Positions 8,513-17,253 of a DNA stretch of 64,000 bases are shown here, piece by piece. The notes beneath the pieces were generated by a model that saw only the letters and a list, made by a program, of their open reading frames with translations, did no database searches and had not been told where the DNA came from. Origin of the DNA: Candidatus Oxydemutatoraceae bacterium (GTDB lineage Bacteria; Pseudomonadota; Gammaproteobacteria; Poriferisulfidales; Oxydemutatoraceae); assembly GCA_965218975.1 (NCBI GenBank), contig OZ244717.1:1728001-1792000 (forward strand), given 5' to 3'. How positions within the stretch are numbered: position 1 is the first letter of the stretch; the number at the start of each line of letters is the position of its first letter. The translations under genes and the position numbers were made by a program.

Positions 8513-9859
8513 TTAGAAACGTGTCATATCAGGACGCCCCACTGTGTACTGAGTCCCAGCGATCGGCACTTGCGCACATGCGGATGCTTCTAAGGTCAAT
8601 GCAGCTAAATCTTCCGGCTCTAAAGAATGAATGTTGGTCTTGCCGCATGCACGTGCAAACATTTGCGCTTCAATCGTTAAAGTATGTAAGAAGTTATAAA
8701 CGCGTATCGAGGCATCATCCGGATTCAGACGCGCGCGTAGCTGGGGGTCTTGTGTCGCCACGCCCACCGGGCAACGACCGGTATGACAATGATAACAACT
8801 ACCTGCTTCCACGCCCATTTCTTCTTCAAAATTTGCTTCCGGAATATCCTTATTACAGTTTAGCGCCATCAATGCCGCGTGTCCGATAGCGACAGCATCC
8901 GCACCTAAGGCAATCGCTTTTGCCAAATCCGCACCATTGCGAATTCCTCCCGCATAAACAAGAGATATTTGGTCTTCCATACCTACATCTTGAATTGCGC
9001 GGCGTGCTTGCCGTATTGCCGCGATCCCAGGAACACCGGTATCCTCTGTCGCAAGATGCGGACCCGCTCCCGTACCACCTTCCATGCCATCGATATAAAT
9101 TGAATCCGGATCCGTTTTTGCAGCCATACGCACGTCATCATAAACACGCGCTGCACCCAATTTTAATTGGATGGGAATTTGCCAATCTGTGGCTTCGCGT
9201 ATCTCTTGAATCTTTAAGGCAAGATCATCCGGCCCCAACCAATCAGGGTGTCTTGCAGGCGATCGTTGATCAATACCCGCAGGCAACGAACGCATTTCCG
9301 CAACTTGGTCGGTCACCTTTTGTCCCATCAAATGCCCGCCCAAACCTACTTTACAACCTTGTCCGATAAAAAACTCCACACCATCGGCAAGAAGTAAATG
9401 CTGCGGATTAAATCCGTATCGCGATTGAATACATTGGTAGAACCATTTTTCCGAGTAGCGACGTTCGTCAGGAATCATGCCGCCTTCACCTGAGCAGGTC
9501 GCAGTACCCGCCATAGTAGCGCCACGTGCCAATGCGGTTTTAGCTTCATAACTTAAAGCACCAAAACTCATACCGGTAATGTAAACAGGTATATCTAGTT
9601 TTAATGGCCGCTTTGCACGCGGACCAATAATCGTTTCGGTTGAACATTTCTCTCGATATCCTTCAATCACAAATCGAGTCAGGGTGCCCGGCATAAAAGT
9701 CAGGTCGTCCCATGTGGGAATTTTTTTAAATAGTGAAAATCCGCGCATACGATAACGGCCCAACTCAGACTTGATATGGATGTCATTAATCACCTCAGGA
9801 GGAAATATAAAGCTCTTTCCAAGTAGATATTTTTTATCTTCGTCTTTTACTGAAGGCAT
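8513..9859 (-). CDS. mgsC: FMN-binding glutamate synthase family protein (N-methylglutamate synthase subunit C-like, GlxD)
   Basis: GMSFGALS, SGEGG, GQGCKVGLGGHL, DGMEGGTGA, CYHCHTGRCPVG Fe-S motif. Confidence 0.75.
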   Translation of the reverse strand: MPSVKDEDKKYLLGKSFIFPPEVINDIHIKSELGRYRMRGFSLFKKIPTWDDLTFMPGTLTRFVIEGYREKCSTETIIGPRAKRPLKLDIPVYITGMSFGALSYEAKTALARGATMAGTATCSGEGGMIPDERRYSEKWFYQCIQSRYGFNPQHLLLADGVEFFIGQGCKVGLGGHLMGQKVTDQVAEMRSLPAGIDQRSPARHPDWLGPDDLALKIQEIREATDWQIPIQLKLGAARVYDDVRMAAKTDPDSIYIDGMEGGTGAGPHLATEDTGVPGIAAIRQARRAIQDVGMEDQISLVYAGGIRNGADLAKAIALGADAVAIGHAALMALNCNKDIPEANFEEEMGVEAGSCYHCHTGRCPVGVATQDPQLRARLNPDDASIRVYNFLHTLTIEAQMFARACGKTNIHSLEPEDLAALTLEASACAQVPIAGTQYTVGRPDMTRF

Positions 9860-9884
9860 ATTCTTTACCTCTCATGTATCTTGA

Positions 9885-10727
9885 TTATAGTACCAGTTTC
9901 TTTTCAGTCGGTTCAAGGTTGTCATAATTCCACAATTGCTTTCCAGACTCAATCTTGGTAATGTTTTCAACACCGTTCGGCGCTTCCATTCCGTATAACT
10001 CTAATTTACTTTCCAAGTAGCGAACGTCTACATCCGTCAATTCACCTTCAACCGCATCCACTCCTAATCTCTTAGTTTTACCAGCCAGATAAATAATCCC
10101 GTCGTACATGGAATCGCCCAGGTTTTCATTTGCATTACCCAAAATAATCATGCGGCCTCTTTGCATCATGAATCCCGAGAATGCACCGGTATCTCCGCCG
10201 ATAATAATCGTTCCGCCTTTTTGATCGATACCCGTACGCGAACCTACGCTGCCTTTGCAAACCAAATCCCCGCCACGAATTGCCGCACCAAAAGTTGACC
10301 CGGCGTTTTTTTCAATTACAATGGTTCCCGCCAGCATATTCTCTCCGCACGACCAACCGACGCGGCCATTAATGCGAACGTTCGGACCGTCAATAAGGCT
10401 ACAGGCAAAATACCCCAAGCTGCCTTCGAACTTCAAATTGAGCCGGTTTAGTATTCCAACACCTAGCGAATGTTTACCCATGGGATTTCTAACCGTAATC
10501 GTGCCGTAACCTTGTTTCATAAGTTCACGAATTTTGATGTTGATATCAGTGGTTCCCATATCCGCGCAATCGAATTCCGTTGACTTTTCAAAATCCACAT
10601 CATAAGCATACACATGAATAAAATTCTCTTCCGCAGAGGACGAGAAATATATCTGTTGGGTGCGACCCGACAGTTGCTCGGCATGCATCCCCATATCATA
10701 GGACTTGCTTTCTTTTACACTTGCCAT
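9885..10727 (-). CDS. mgsB: GXGXG/FwdC-like beta-helix protein (N-methylglutamate synthase subunit B-like, GlxC)
   Basis: Repeated G-rich units (GRVGWSCGENMLAG, GSVGSRTGIDQKGG, GDSMYDG). Confidence 0.7.
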   Translation of the reverse strand: MASVKESKSYDMGMHAEQLSGRTQQIYFSSSAEENFIHVYAYDVDFEKSTEFDCADMGTTDINIKIRELMKQGYGTITVRNPMGKHSLGVGILNRLNLKFEGSLGYFACSLIDGPNVRINGRVGWSCGENMLAGTIVIEKNAGSTFGAAIRGGDLVCKGSVGSRTGIDQKGGTIIIGGDTGAFSGFMMQRGRMIILGNANENLGDSMYDGIIYLAGKTKRLGVDAVEGELTDVDVRYLESKLELYGMEAPNGVENITKIESGKQLWNYDNLEPTEKKLVL

Positions 10728-11656
10728 ACCCGTACCTCCCCTTCATACGGATCAAAGGTGTCTATCTCACGCGGAAAAATGCTGCGAATTGAAATTTCTT
10801 CCGAAGCGAGAGCAACAAACTCATCACCTTCATAAATGACCATCGGCTTAGCAGCCATAGTATCTTTCGCCATTCCCAACTGATTGCCGGTTGCCACTAA
10901 ATAAGAAAATACACCATCCAAGTAATGTACTGAACGATTCATCGCTTCTTCCAAATCATCGCCTTGATCAATTCGGTCCGCTAAATACACGGCGATTAGT
11001 TCGGAATCACAATCCGACATGAAACGATGGCTTCGACGTTCCAATGCGCGTCGATTGGTCCAATAATTGGTCAACTGGCCATTATGCACGACAGACACAT
11101 CTGTGAACGGATATGCCCAATACGGATGCGCCGATCGTATATCAACATCTGATTCCGTCGCCATACGTGCATGACCAATGCTATGGGTGCCTTTGAAATC
11201 GCTTAACTTGTACTGCCTAGATACGGTTTCGGCATCGCCCAAATCTTTGATCAATTCCAACGCATTTCCAACCGACATTATTTCGACACCGTCCACATCT
11301 TCAACATAATCAATCAGCCGACGCAAATCCCCATCGAAAGTAAAAGTATAACGGTGAGAATATTCTGTCGGGACTTGTCGATCCGTAATATTAGCGCCTG
11401 ATTCCTTTAAACGCGCTCCAACCGCTTCTTCTCGCGCTTTTACTTCCGCATGAATACCAAAACCTATTTTCATTGCTTCTTGTTCCGCAGTAATAAAGCG
11501 CATTACATATTCATTTTTATCTTTGTTCGCATTTCCGTACAAAGCAAACCCGGTAGAGTCATACCCACGATGTCTCAAAGCTTGCAACATCAAGGTCATT
11601 TCCAAACCGATGTTCGAACTTTTACCTTTCCAGATAAGCCCCGCTATTCCACACAT
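10715..11656 (-). CDS. mgsA: Class II (Ntn) glutamine amidotransferase (N-methylglutamate synthase subunit A-like, GlxB)
   Basis: MCGIAG N-terminal Cys, HRGYDSTG, GHARMATES, VHNGQLTN, DSE motifs. Confidence 0.75.
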   Translation of the reverse strand: MCGIAGLIWKGKSSNIGLEMTLMLQALRHRGYDSTGFALYGNANKDKNEYVMRFITAEQEAMKIGFGIHAEVKAREEAVGARLKESGANITDRQVPTEYSHRYTFTFDGDLRRLIDYVEDVDGVEIMSVGNALELIKDLGDAETVSRQYKLSDFKGTHSIGHARMATESDVDIRSAHPYWAYPFTDVSVVHNGQLTNYWTNRRALERRSHRFMSDCDSELIAVYLADRIDQGDDLEEAMNRSVHYLDGVFSYLVATGNQLGMAKDTMAAKPMVIYEGDEFVALASEEISIRSIFPREIDTFDPYEGEVRVWQV

Positions 11657-11680
11657 CACAATTCTCCTGTTTATTATTTA

Positions 11681-13156
11681 TTAGGGTAGATAGTCCAGAT
11701 AAGTATCTACGTCCCATTCCGTCACAGTGTGATTAAAACGCTCCCATTCATCGTTTTTATAATGAGTAAATACTTTGTACATTTCATCCGGCATAGATGA
11801 TTTAATCACCTCGTCTCTATCCAAAGCTTCCAACGCTTTACCTAGCGACATCGGCAACCGCTTGATGTCTTTGCCCTCTTTAATCGCTTCGTAAATATTG
11901 CGTTCTTCCGGTTCCCCCGGATCTAAATCATTGCAAATCCCATCATCGAATGCTTTTAATAATGCCGCCCCCATTAAGTAAGGATTGACCATAGAATCTA
12001 CAGAGCGATATTCAAAGCGCCCCGGCGCAGAAACCCGTAAACCGCAGGTTCGATTTTGAAATCCCCAATCTGCAAAAACCGGCGCCCAAAAACCGGTATC
12101 CCATAAACGTCTATACGAATTCACAGTAGACGAGCCAATCGCCGTCAATGCTTGCAAGTGTGCCATGACGCCACCGATACACTGCAAACCGATGAGGCCA
12201 GGTTTGCGATCATCGATTTTAGGATCCGGCATAAAGGTGTTTTCGCCACCTTGTAGATAGCTAAACACGTCTTCCATGCCACACAGCGGGTCCTGATGCA
12301 ATGAGTTCACTACGGACTCACCGCCTTTCCACAACGAAACGTTATGATGGCAGCCCGAGGCGGATACCCCCATAAACGGTTTCGTCATAAAACAGGCAAC
12401 TAAATTTTGTTCGCGCGCAACTTGCGCGCATATTTGCCGATAGGTGGTGAGACGATCCGCATTACGCATGACGTCATCAAACATCCAGTTTAATTCGAGT
12501 TGCCCCGGAGCGTCCTCATGATCGCCCTGTATCATGTTGTAACCCATTTGCTCGGCATACTCAATCACTTTCATCGAGGCAGGCCTTAACTCTTCAAATT
12601 GATCAATATGGTAGCAATTAGGCTTCGTTACACCGCCATCAAGTTGGCCGTTTTCATCCCGCTTCAACCACATCATTTCAGGTTCAGTACCCATACGCAT
12701 GTGTAAGCCATCATGCTTGTTTATAAATTCATTATGAATGATACGCAGATTACCGCGGCAATCTGAGGTCAAATGAGTGCCCGGATTATTTCTTTCCTCT
12801 CGATTGCGAAAACACGTACAAAATACCCGCGCAATACGCTTATCCCAAGGCAATTGACAGAATGTTTCCGGATCGGAAATGCCAACAAGTTCTGAGGCTT
12901 CCGGACCGTAACCGATATAATTTCCATGCCGATCAATATAAAGGTTGGCAGTAGAGCCATAAACCAACTGAAAACCTTTTTCAGCGATGCGTTCCCAATG
13001 ATCGGCAGGTATTCCTTTACCGACAATTCGACCGGTGACGGATACGAATTGAAAATAGATATACTTGATATTTAAAGAATTTATCTTGTCACGGACTTGT
13101 TTCACCAGATCGCTTCTTCCATCAGCGTTCACGTGTTTTTCCAAATCTGTCGCCAT
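11681..13156 (-). CDS. Second glutamine synthetase-like (gamma-glutamylamide ligase) protein
   Basis: GTEPE, GDHEDAPGQLELN, KPFMGVSASGCHHN, RFEYRSVDSMVNPY; start taken at MATDLEK (13156). Confidence 0.85.
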   Translation of the reverse strand: MATDLEKHVNADGRSDLVKQVRDKINSLNIKYIYFQFVSVTGRIVGKGIPADHWERIAEKGFQLVYGSTANLYIDRHGNYIGYGPEASELVGISDPETFCQLPWDKRIARVFCTCFRNREERNNPGTHLTSDCRGNLRIIHNEFINKHDGLHMRMGTEPEMMWLKRDENGQLDGGVTKPNCYHIDQFEELRPASMKVIEYAEQMGYNMIQGDHEDAPGQLELNWMFDDVMRNADRLTTYRQICAQVAREQNLVACFMTKPFMGVSASGCHHNVSLWKGGESVVNSLHQDPLCGMEDVFSYLQGGENTFMPDPKIDDRKPGLIGLQCIGGVMAHLQALTAIGSSTVNSYRRLWDTGFWAPVFADWGFQNRTCGLRVSAPGRFEYRSVDSMVNPYLMGAALLKAFDDGICNDLDPGEPEERNIYEAIKEGKDIKRLPMSLGKALEALDRDEVIKSSMPDEMYKVFTHYKNDEWERFNHTVTEWDVDTYLDYLP

Positions 13157-13206
13157 TTTTAGCACCCCTATATTTTTATGTTTTATAAAATGAAAATCAC
13201 TCCGAC

Positions 13207-14550
13207 CTAACTCCAAGGGTACGGACTGTGAGAGACCGGATGTAATTTCCCTTCTTCATAACGCGAAAATCGAAATGGCTCAAGTAGTTTGCTTTTTTGG
13301 CTGACGATCTCTTCCGCAGCTAATTTTCCTATTCCAATCATTTTGTAGCCATGATTCGAATCCGCAATAACATAGCAGTTATCTCGAAATACATCGAATA
13401 CGGGGAAACTGTCCGGAGCAAACACTCCGATTCCCCCCGATGGTTCTTTTTTATATTTCGTGAGCGTTCCTTCAAAACGTTTTTGGCAATGCGCTAAAGC
13501 AGATACCCACATTTCCGCAAACGCGTCATCAACAACGTAATCCGGCGAATCGGGACCGTAAGGGTCCACTTTTACTTGATCCGGGTCGGTATCGATCTTA
13601 AACGGCGCGGCACCGCCTTGAACGCCGCCAAAGTTAAAGTCCGGCTTATAATAGATACCCCATAATTTATCGGTAATTAATTTACCGTTGCCATCGGCAT
13701 AGAGCGGTGCGTCCGTATCGACATGAACCACCGGCGGGAAATCTCCACCATTAGTCTTTTGTAGCTGCGGGTCAACACCTAATGTTCCTTCCTGCAAGGA
13801 CCAATAGACCCACATCGGAACATGATCGTGAATTACCCCATTCGCGTCTTTTACATCTATAAATTTAGGCAAATCCAGCATCTCCCATATACTTTTTATC
13901 CATGGTCCGACTCCAACTATTACATAATCACATGAAATGATTCCTTTATCAGTCTCTGCCGCTTTGATCGCATCGCTAATAGCGCAACTTTGAAAGCCCG
14001 TAACTTTTACGCCAGGTAAAAACCGCACCCCTTCATTCTTCGCTTTAGCCGCAAGTCCTTTCATGCTTGGTAAGTTGCTCGCGTAGCCACCGCGCTTTTC
14101 ATGCAAAATTGAAGTAATGTTTTCAGCTTGCCAATCGCTAAAAATACTTTTCATATAATCGGCGCATTCTTTTTTCCCTTCAATAAATACGGATTCGTAA
14201 CCAATATCTTTCTGTTGTCGAGCGATACTTGCAACATCCGTACGCATCACTTCAGGCGCCGCTTGTATGTAGCCCACCGGAAAGTAACGATATGCTTTAG
14301 GATCGCTTTCCCAAACTTCCACACTGTGTACCATTAATTCGCGCATTGCCGGTTGAAAATAATTATTTCTTATCACACCGCAGGCAATTCCCGACGCGCC
14401 CGCTCCCACGTCTTTTTTATCCACAATTAAGATATCGTTACCGCTGCCTGCGCCGCTTGCTTTCAATCGCAATGCAAGATGATAAGCCGTGCTCAAGCCA
14501 TGCACTCCTGCTCCGATCACCAGGTACTTGGTTTTATTTACGAAACTCAT
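13207..14550 (-). CDS. FAD-dependent oxidoreductase (sarcosine oxidase beta / DadA-like)
   Basis: IGAGVHG FAD motif, GAGASGIACG, C-terminal HGYKM and PFRFSRY. Confidence 0.85.
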   Translation of the reverse strand: MSFVNKTKYLVIGAGVHGLSTAYHLALRLKASGAGSGNDILIVDKKDVGAGASGIACGVIRNNYFQPAMRELMVHSVEVWESDPKAYRYFPVGYIQAAPEVMRTDVASIARQQKDIGYESVFIEGKKECADYMKSIFSDWQAENITSILHEKRGGYASNLPSMKGLAAKAKNEGVRFLPGVKVTGFQSCAISDAIKAAETDKGIISCDYVIVGVGPWIKSIWEMLDLPKFIDVKDANGVIHDHVPMWVYWSLQEGTLGVDPQLQKTNGGDFPPVVHVDTDAPLYADGNGKLITDKLWGIYYKPDFNFGGVQGGAAPFKIDTDPDQVKVDPYGPDSPDYVVDDAFAEMWVSALAHCQKRFEGTLTKYKKEPSGGIGVFAPDSFPVFDVFRDNCYVIADSNHGYKMIGIGKLAAEEIVSQKSKLLEPFRFSRYEEGKLHPVSHSPYPWS

Positions 14551-14754
14551 TATCGAAATTTTATGCAGTAGACTTGCTGCTCAACACTATGCATTGAAGG
14601 CTGATTCAATGAATTCTCCATTAAAAAATGATGACCTTTTACTTGTTTAACCGTCAATTGCACTTTGTATTTACTACCTAATGAGTAGTCGATAGTATTC
14701 AAGTAAGAGTTTAGAAATTTGCTCAAGCTAAGGCTCACAGATTGAATAACTACG

Positions 14755-15003
14755 CTAAAGCCTTGATCTTATATACCTAAAAATCCCGAAAAGACTAATC
14801 AAAACCCAAAATGCTTCGACGATAAATGCCGACATATTAAATTCGTACATCAAGGAAACTATAACAAAAAACGCACCTAAGGCATTCAGTACGGAATACG
14901 ACAAGCTAGTACTGGGCAAGCGCTCTAGTTGCAACAAAAAATAGGTAATAATAATCAGCGCCACTCCGATATTACCTAGTATGTCATGCCATTGATAGAT
15001 CAT
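14755..15003 (-). CDS. Small 3-TM membrane protein (CBU_0592-like)
   Basis: 82 aa; GNIGVALIIITY, YSVLNALGA, EAFWVLISLFG pattern. Confidence 0.7.
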   Translation of the reverse strand: MIYQWHDILGNIGVALIIITYFLLQLERLPSTSLSYSVLNALGAFFVIVSLMYEFNMSAFIVEAFWVLISLFGIFRYIRSRL

Positions 15004-15352
15004 GCCTGATTGGCTCTCTTGTCATATTTCCGGGTTAGCGGGAAATGCGATACTCCTGCAAGCTCCGCGCCGCTTACCCAGCCTGTGTACGTTTCCGAAA
15101 ACACACAACTTATTCCGTATAAGCAACATTTAAAATAGCTTGCAGTATAAAGCCAAGCTCTTTTCCGGTTTTTAGTAACATACATTTTGCTATACGTCCG
15201 CATTAAAACCAAATTTGCCATGCGCTTTTGGCAGCTATCTTCCGCAAAATCAAGTTGATGGCGCATTTAATCTATGCTTGGTAAAGTGTTTTTACATTGA
15301 CACAGAACTCTGAACGGATTTCGCGGACGCTCTGATTTTCAATCAAATATTT

Positions 15353-15703
15353 TTACAGTGCGCCGAATTTTCTTTGACCGACATAGAAAGCTTTACCTGA
15401 AGAATCGGATGTGAATGTGACTTTCGTGCCGCTATCGAAATATACAACGTCACCGGGCTTCACCGTTATCGTTTCGCCGCCGTCCTCTGCAATCGTCATC
15501 TCACCTTCCAACATGATTTTACATTCATCATAGCTATAGGTATATTCCAACGGATTCCCTGAGCCCATCTTGAAAAATCCGCAAGTGATAGGTGCCTCCT
15601 CACTATTTGAAGATATTATGTCCTGTAAAAACGCATTAATTCCATCTATACCCAATGAAGCGATATCCTGCGATTGCGCTCCGCCAAAATATTTCACTGC
15701 CAT
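15353..15703 (-). CDS. Cupin protein (EutQ-like)
   Basis: 116 aa; CGFF, YTYSYDE, LEGEM, PGDVVYF cupin motifs. Confidence 0.8.
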   Translation of the reverse strand: MAVKYFGGAQSQDIASLGIDGINAFLQDIISSNSEEAPITCGFFKMGSGNPLEYTYSYDECKIMLEGEMTIAEDGGETITVKPGDVVYFDSGTKVTFTSDSSGKAFYVGQRKFGAL

Positions 15704-15822
15704 TTTAATTCTCCTTACAAAAAATTTTCATTAACCACTGATCAAAAACATCAGTATTTAAACAAATATTACTAAACTATGACTTAGATTCAAACAACTA
15801 ATTACAAACCCAATTTATCTAG

Positions 15823-16111
15823 CGTCGTCGCGCCCGAACACAGCAGACCTTGCTTGCGGCACCACGGCAAAAGCAACACATAAACCTTGGTCCCGTCCTT
15901 AGCGGGATACCTTAGGCGCAGACGACAGATTTCCCAAATCGGCATTTGTGGTCAGATACGGCGATGCCATTGTGCTCATGGGCCTCCGTTTTTGAAGCAA
16001 AACCGGCTATTCTATAGAAACCTTTGATGCGGTGGTCAATGTACTGATATTGTATATCAGTCACCTTTTCATTGACATCCAAGAACCCCGAATGTATCCG
16101 GCACATGTACA
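15823..16111 (-). mobile_element. IS481 5'-end relic next to the tRNA-Leu 3' end
   Basis: Left end TGTACATGTGCCGGATACAT (minus strand); QYQYIDHRIKGFY N-terminus; internal part homologous to 23163-23279. Confidence 0.75.
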
Positions 16112-16122
16112 GAAGAGTTAAA

Positions 16123-16211
16123 TGGTGCCCGGGGCCGGACTCGAACCGGCACAGAGACTCAGCTCCGAGGGATTTTAAGTCCCTTGTGTCTACCAATTCC
16201 ACCACCCGGGC
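16123..16211 (-). tRNA. leuZ: tRNA-Leu(TAA)
   Basis: GCCCGGGTGGTGGAATTGGTAGAC...anticodon TAA, long variable arm, GTTCGAGTC, CCA. Confidence 0.95.
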
Positions 16212-16212
16212 T

Positions 16213-16286
16213 TGGAGGCTAGTACCGGAATCGAACCGGTGTACACGGCTTTGCAGGCCGCTGCATCACCACTCTGCCAACTAGCC
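16213..16286 (-). tRNA. cysT: tRNA-Cys(GCA)
   Basis: GGCTAGTTGGCAGAGTGG...anticodon GCA...GTTCGATTCC...TCCA. Confidence 0.95.
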
Positions 16287-16326
16287 TGACGGATGTAAGT
16301 AAAGTATACACGCTTCCATTAAATTA

Positions 16327-16361
16327 TTGACGGTTATCCTCAGTCACTTATAATGGCTGCC
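16327..16361 (+). promoter_or_regulatory. Sigma70 promoter of tRNA-Gly
   Basis: TTGACG-16 bp-TATAAT followed by GC-rich discriminator GGCTGCC. Confidence 0.75.
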
Positions 16362-16386
16362 TTTATTTATTGAAAATTTTCTCAGT

Positions 16387-16461
16387 GCGGGAATAGCTCA
16401 GTGGTAGAGCACAACCTTGCCAAGGTTGGGGTCGCGGGTTCAAGTCCCGTTTCCCGCTCCA
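16387..16461 (+). tRNA. glyW: tRNA-Gly(GCC)
   Basis: GCGGGAATAGCTCAGTGGTAGAGC...anticodon GCC...GTTCAAGTC...TCCA. Confidence 0.95.
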
Positions 16462-16631
16462 TCATCCGCTTATGTGCAGCTGCTGCGCAAGCAGCACGGA
16501 ACAAAGCAAGAATTTAATCGACGATTTATATCGAAAAGGTATTCCTTAAAGAAATTTATGTAAACGTCCTGCTGAAATCATTAATAATGATCTTGCATTT
16601 CGGCTCAAACGCAAGCCTTAATTAATTTCCT

Positions 16632-17249
16632 TTATTTATTGAATACATGCCGAGCTTTTAGCAGGTACATTATCATAGACAGTAACGTCATAGCTGCCGC
16701 AAGATACAATAACAATAAACCGATATTGCCTGTCGTGCTGATTGGCATACCGGTTGCGGGCGGCACACCCCACAGCAGGAATATGATGGCAAAAACCTGA
16801 ATCACCATTTTAGTTTTGCCTAACCAATTCACTGCAACCAAATCTCCGCATCCTTCACCGGTCATCCATTCGCGTAAACCGGCAATAGCGAATTCACGGG
16901 TAATAATTACTAAGGCGGGCAAAGTAACTAACCAATCCGATACCCTTTCAACAATCAACAGTAACGCAACGGCAACAATCATCTTATCTGCAATCGGGTC
17001 TATCAATGCTCCAAATCGCGTCACCTGCTCAAACCGCCGGGCAATATAACCGTCTAAAACATCAGTGATTGCCGCCAGTGTAAATAATCCCGCGCAGACC
17101 ACGGCGCTCCAATGTACCAAGCAATACATCGTACCGCCATTCGTCGTCGTAACCCATTCCGACGAGTAAAACGCGATAATAAGCAACGGAATGATAAATA
17201 TCCGCAGTAATGTCAGTAATGTCGGTAAGTTGACAACCATCATAGTCAT
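16632..17249 (-). CDS. pgsA: CDP-diacylglycerol--glycerol-3-phosphate 3-phosphatidyltransferase
   Basis: NLPTLLTLLRI; DVLDGYIAR...FGALIDPIADK CDP-alcohol motif; follows uvrC. Confidence 0.95.
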   Translation of the reverse strand: MTMMVVNLPTLLTLLRIFIIPLLIIAFYSSEWVTTTNGGTMYCLVHWSAVVCAGLFTLAAITDVLDGYIARRFEQVTRFGALIDPIADKMIVAVALLLIVERVSDWLVTLPALVIITREFAIAGLREWMTGEGCGDLVAVNWLGKTKMVIQVFAIIFLLWGVPPATGMPISTTGNIGLLLLYLAAAMTLLSMIMYLLKARHVFNK

Positions 17250-17253
17250 TTAT

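Noticed and set aside
15000-15266. 88-aa ORF as a gene
   Set aside because: No recognisable motif or RBS; cannot be supported.
15912-16284. ORFs overlapping tRNA-Leu and tRNA-Cys
   Set aside because: They translate tRNA and IS relic sequence.
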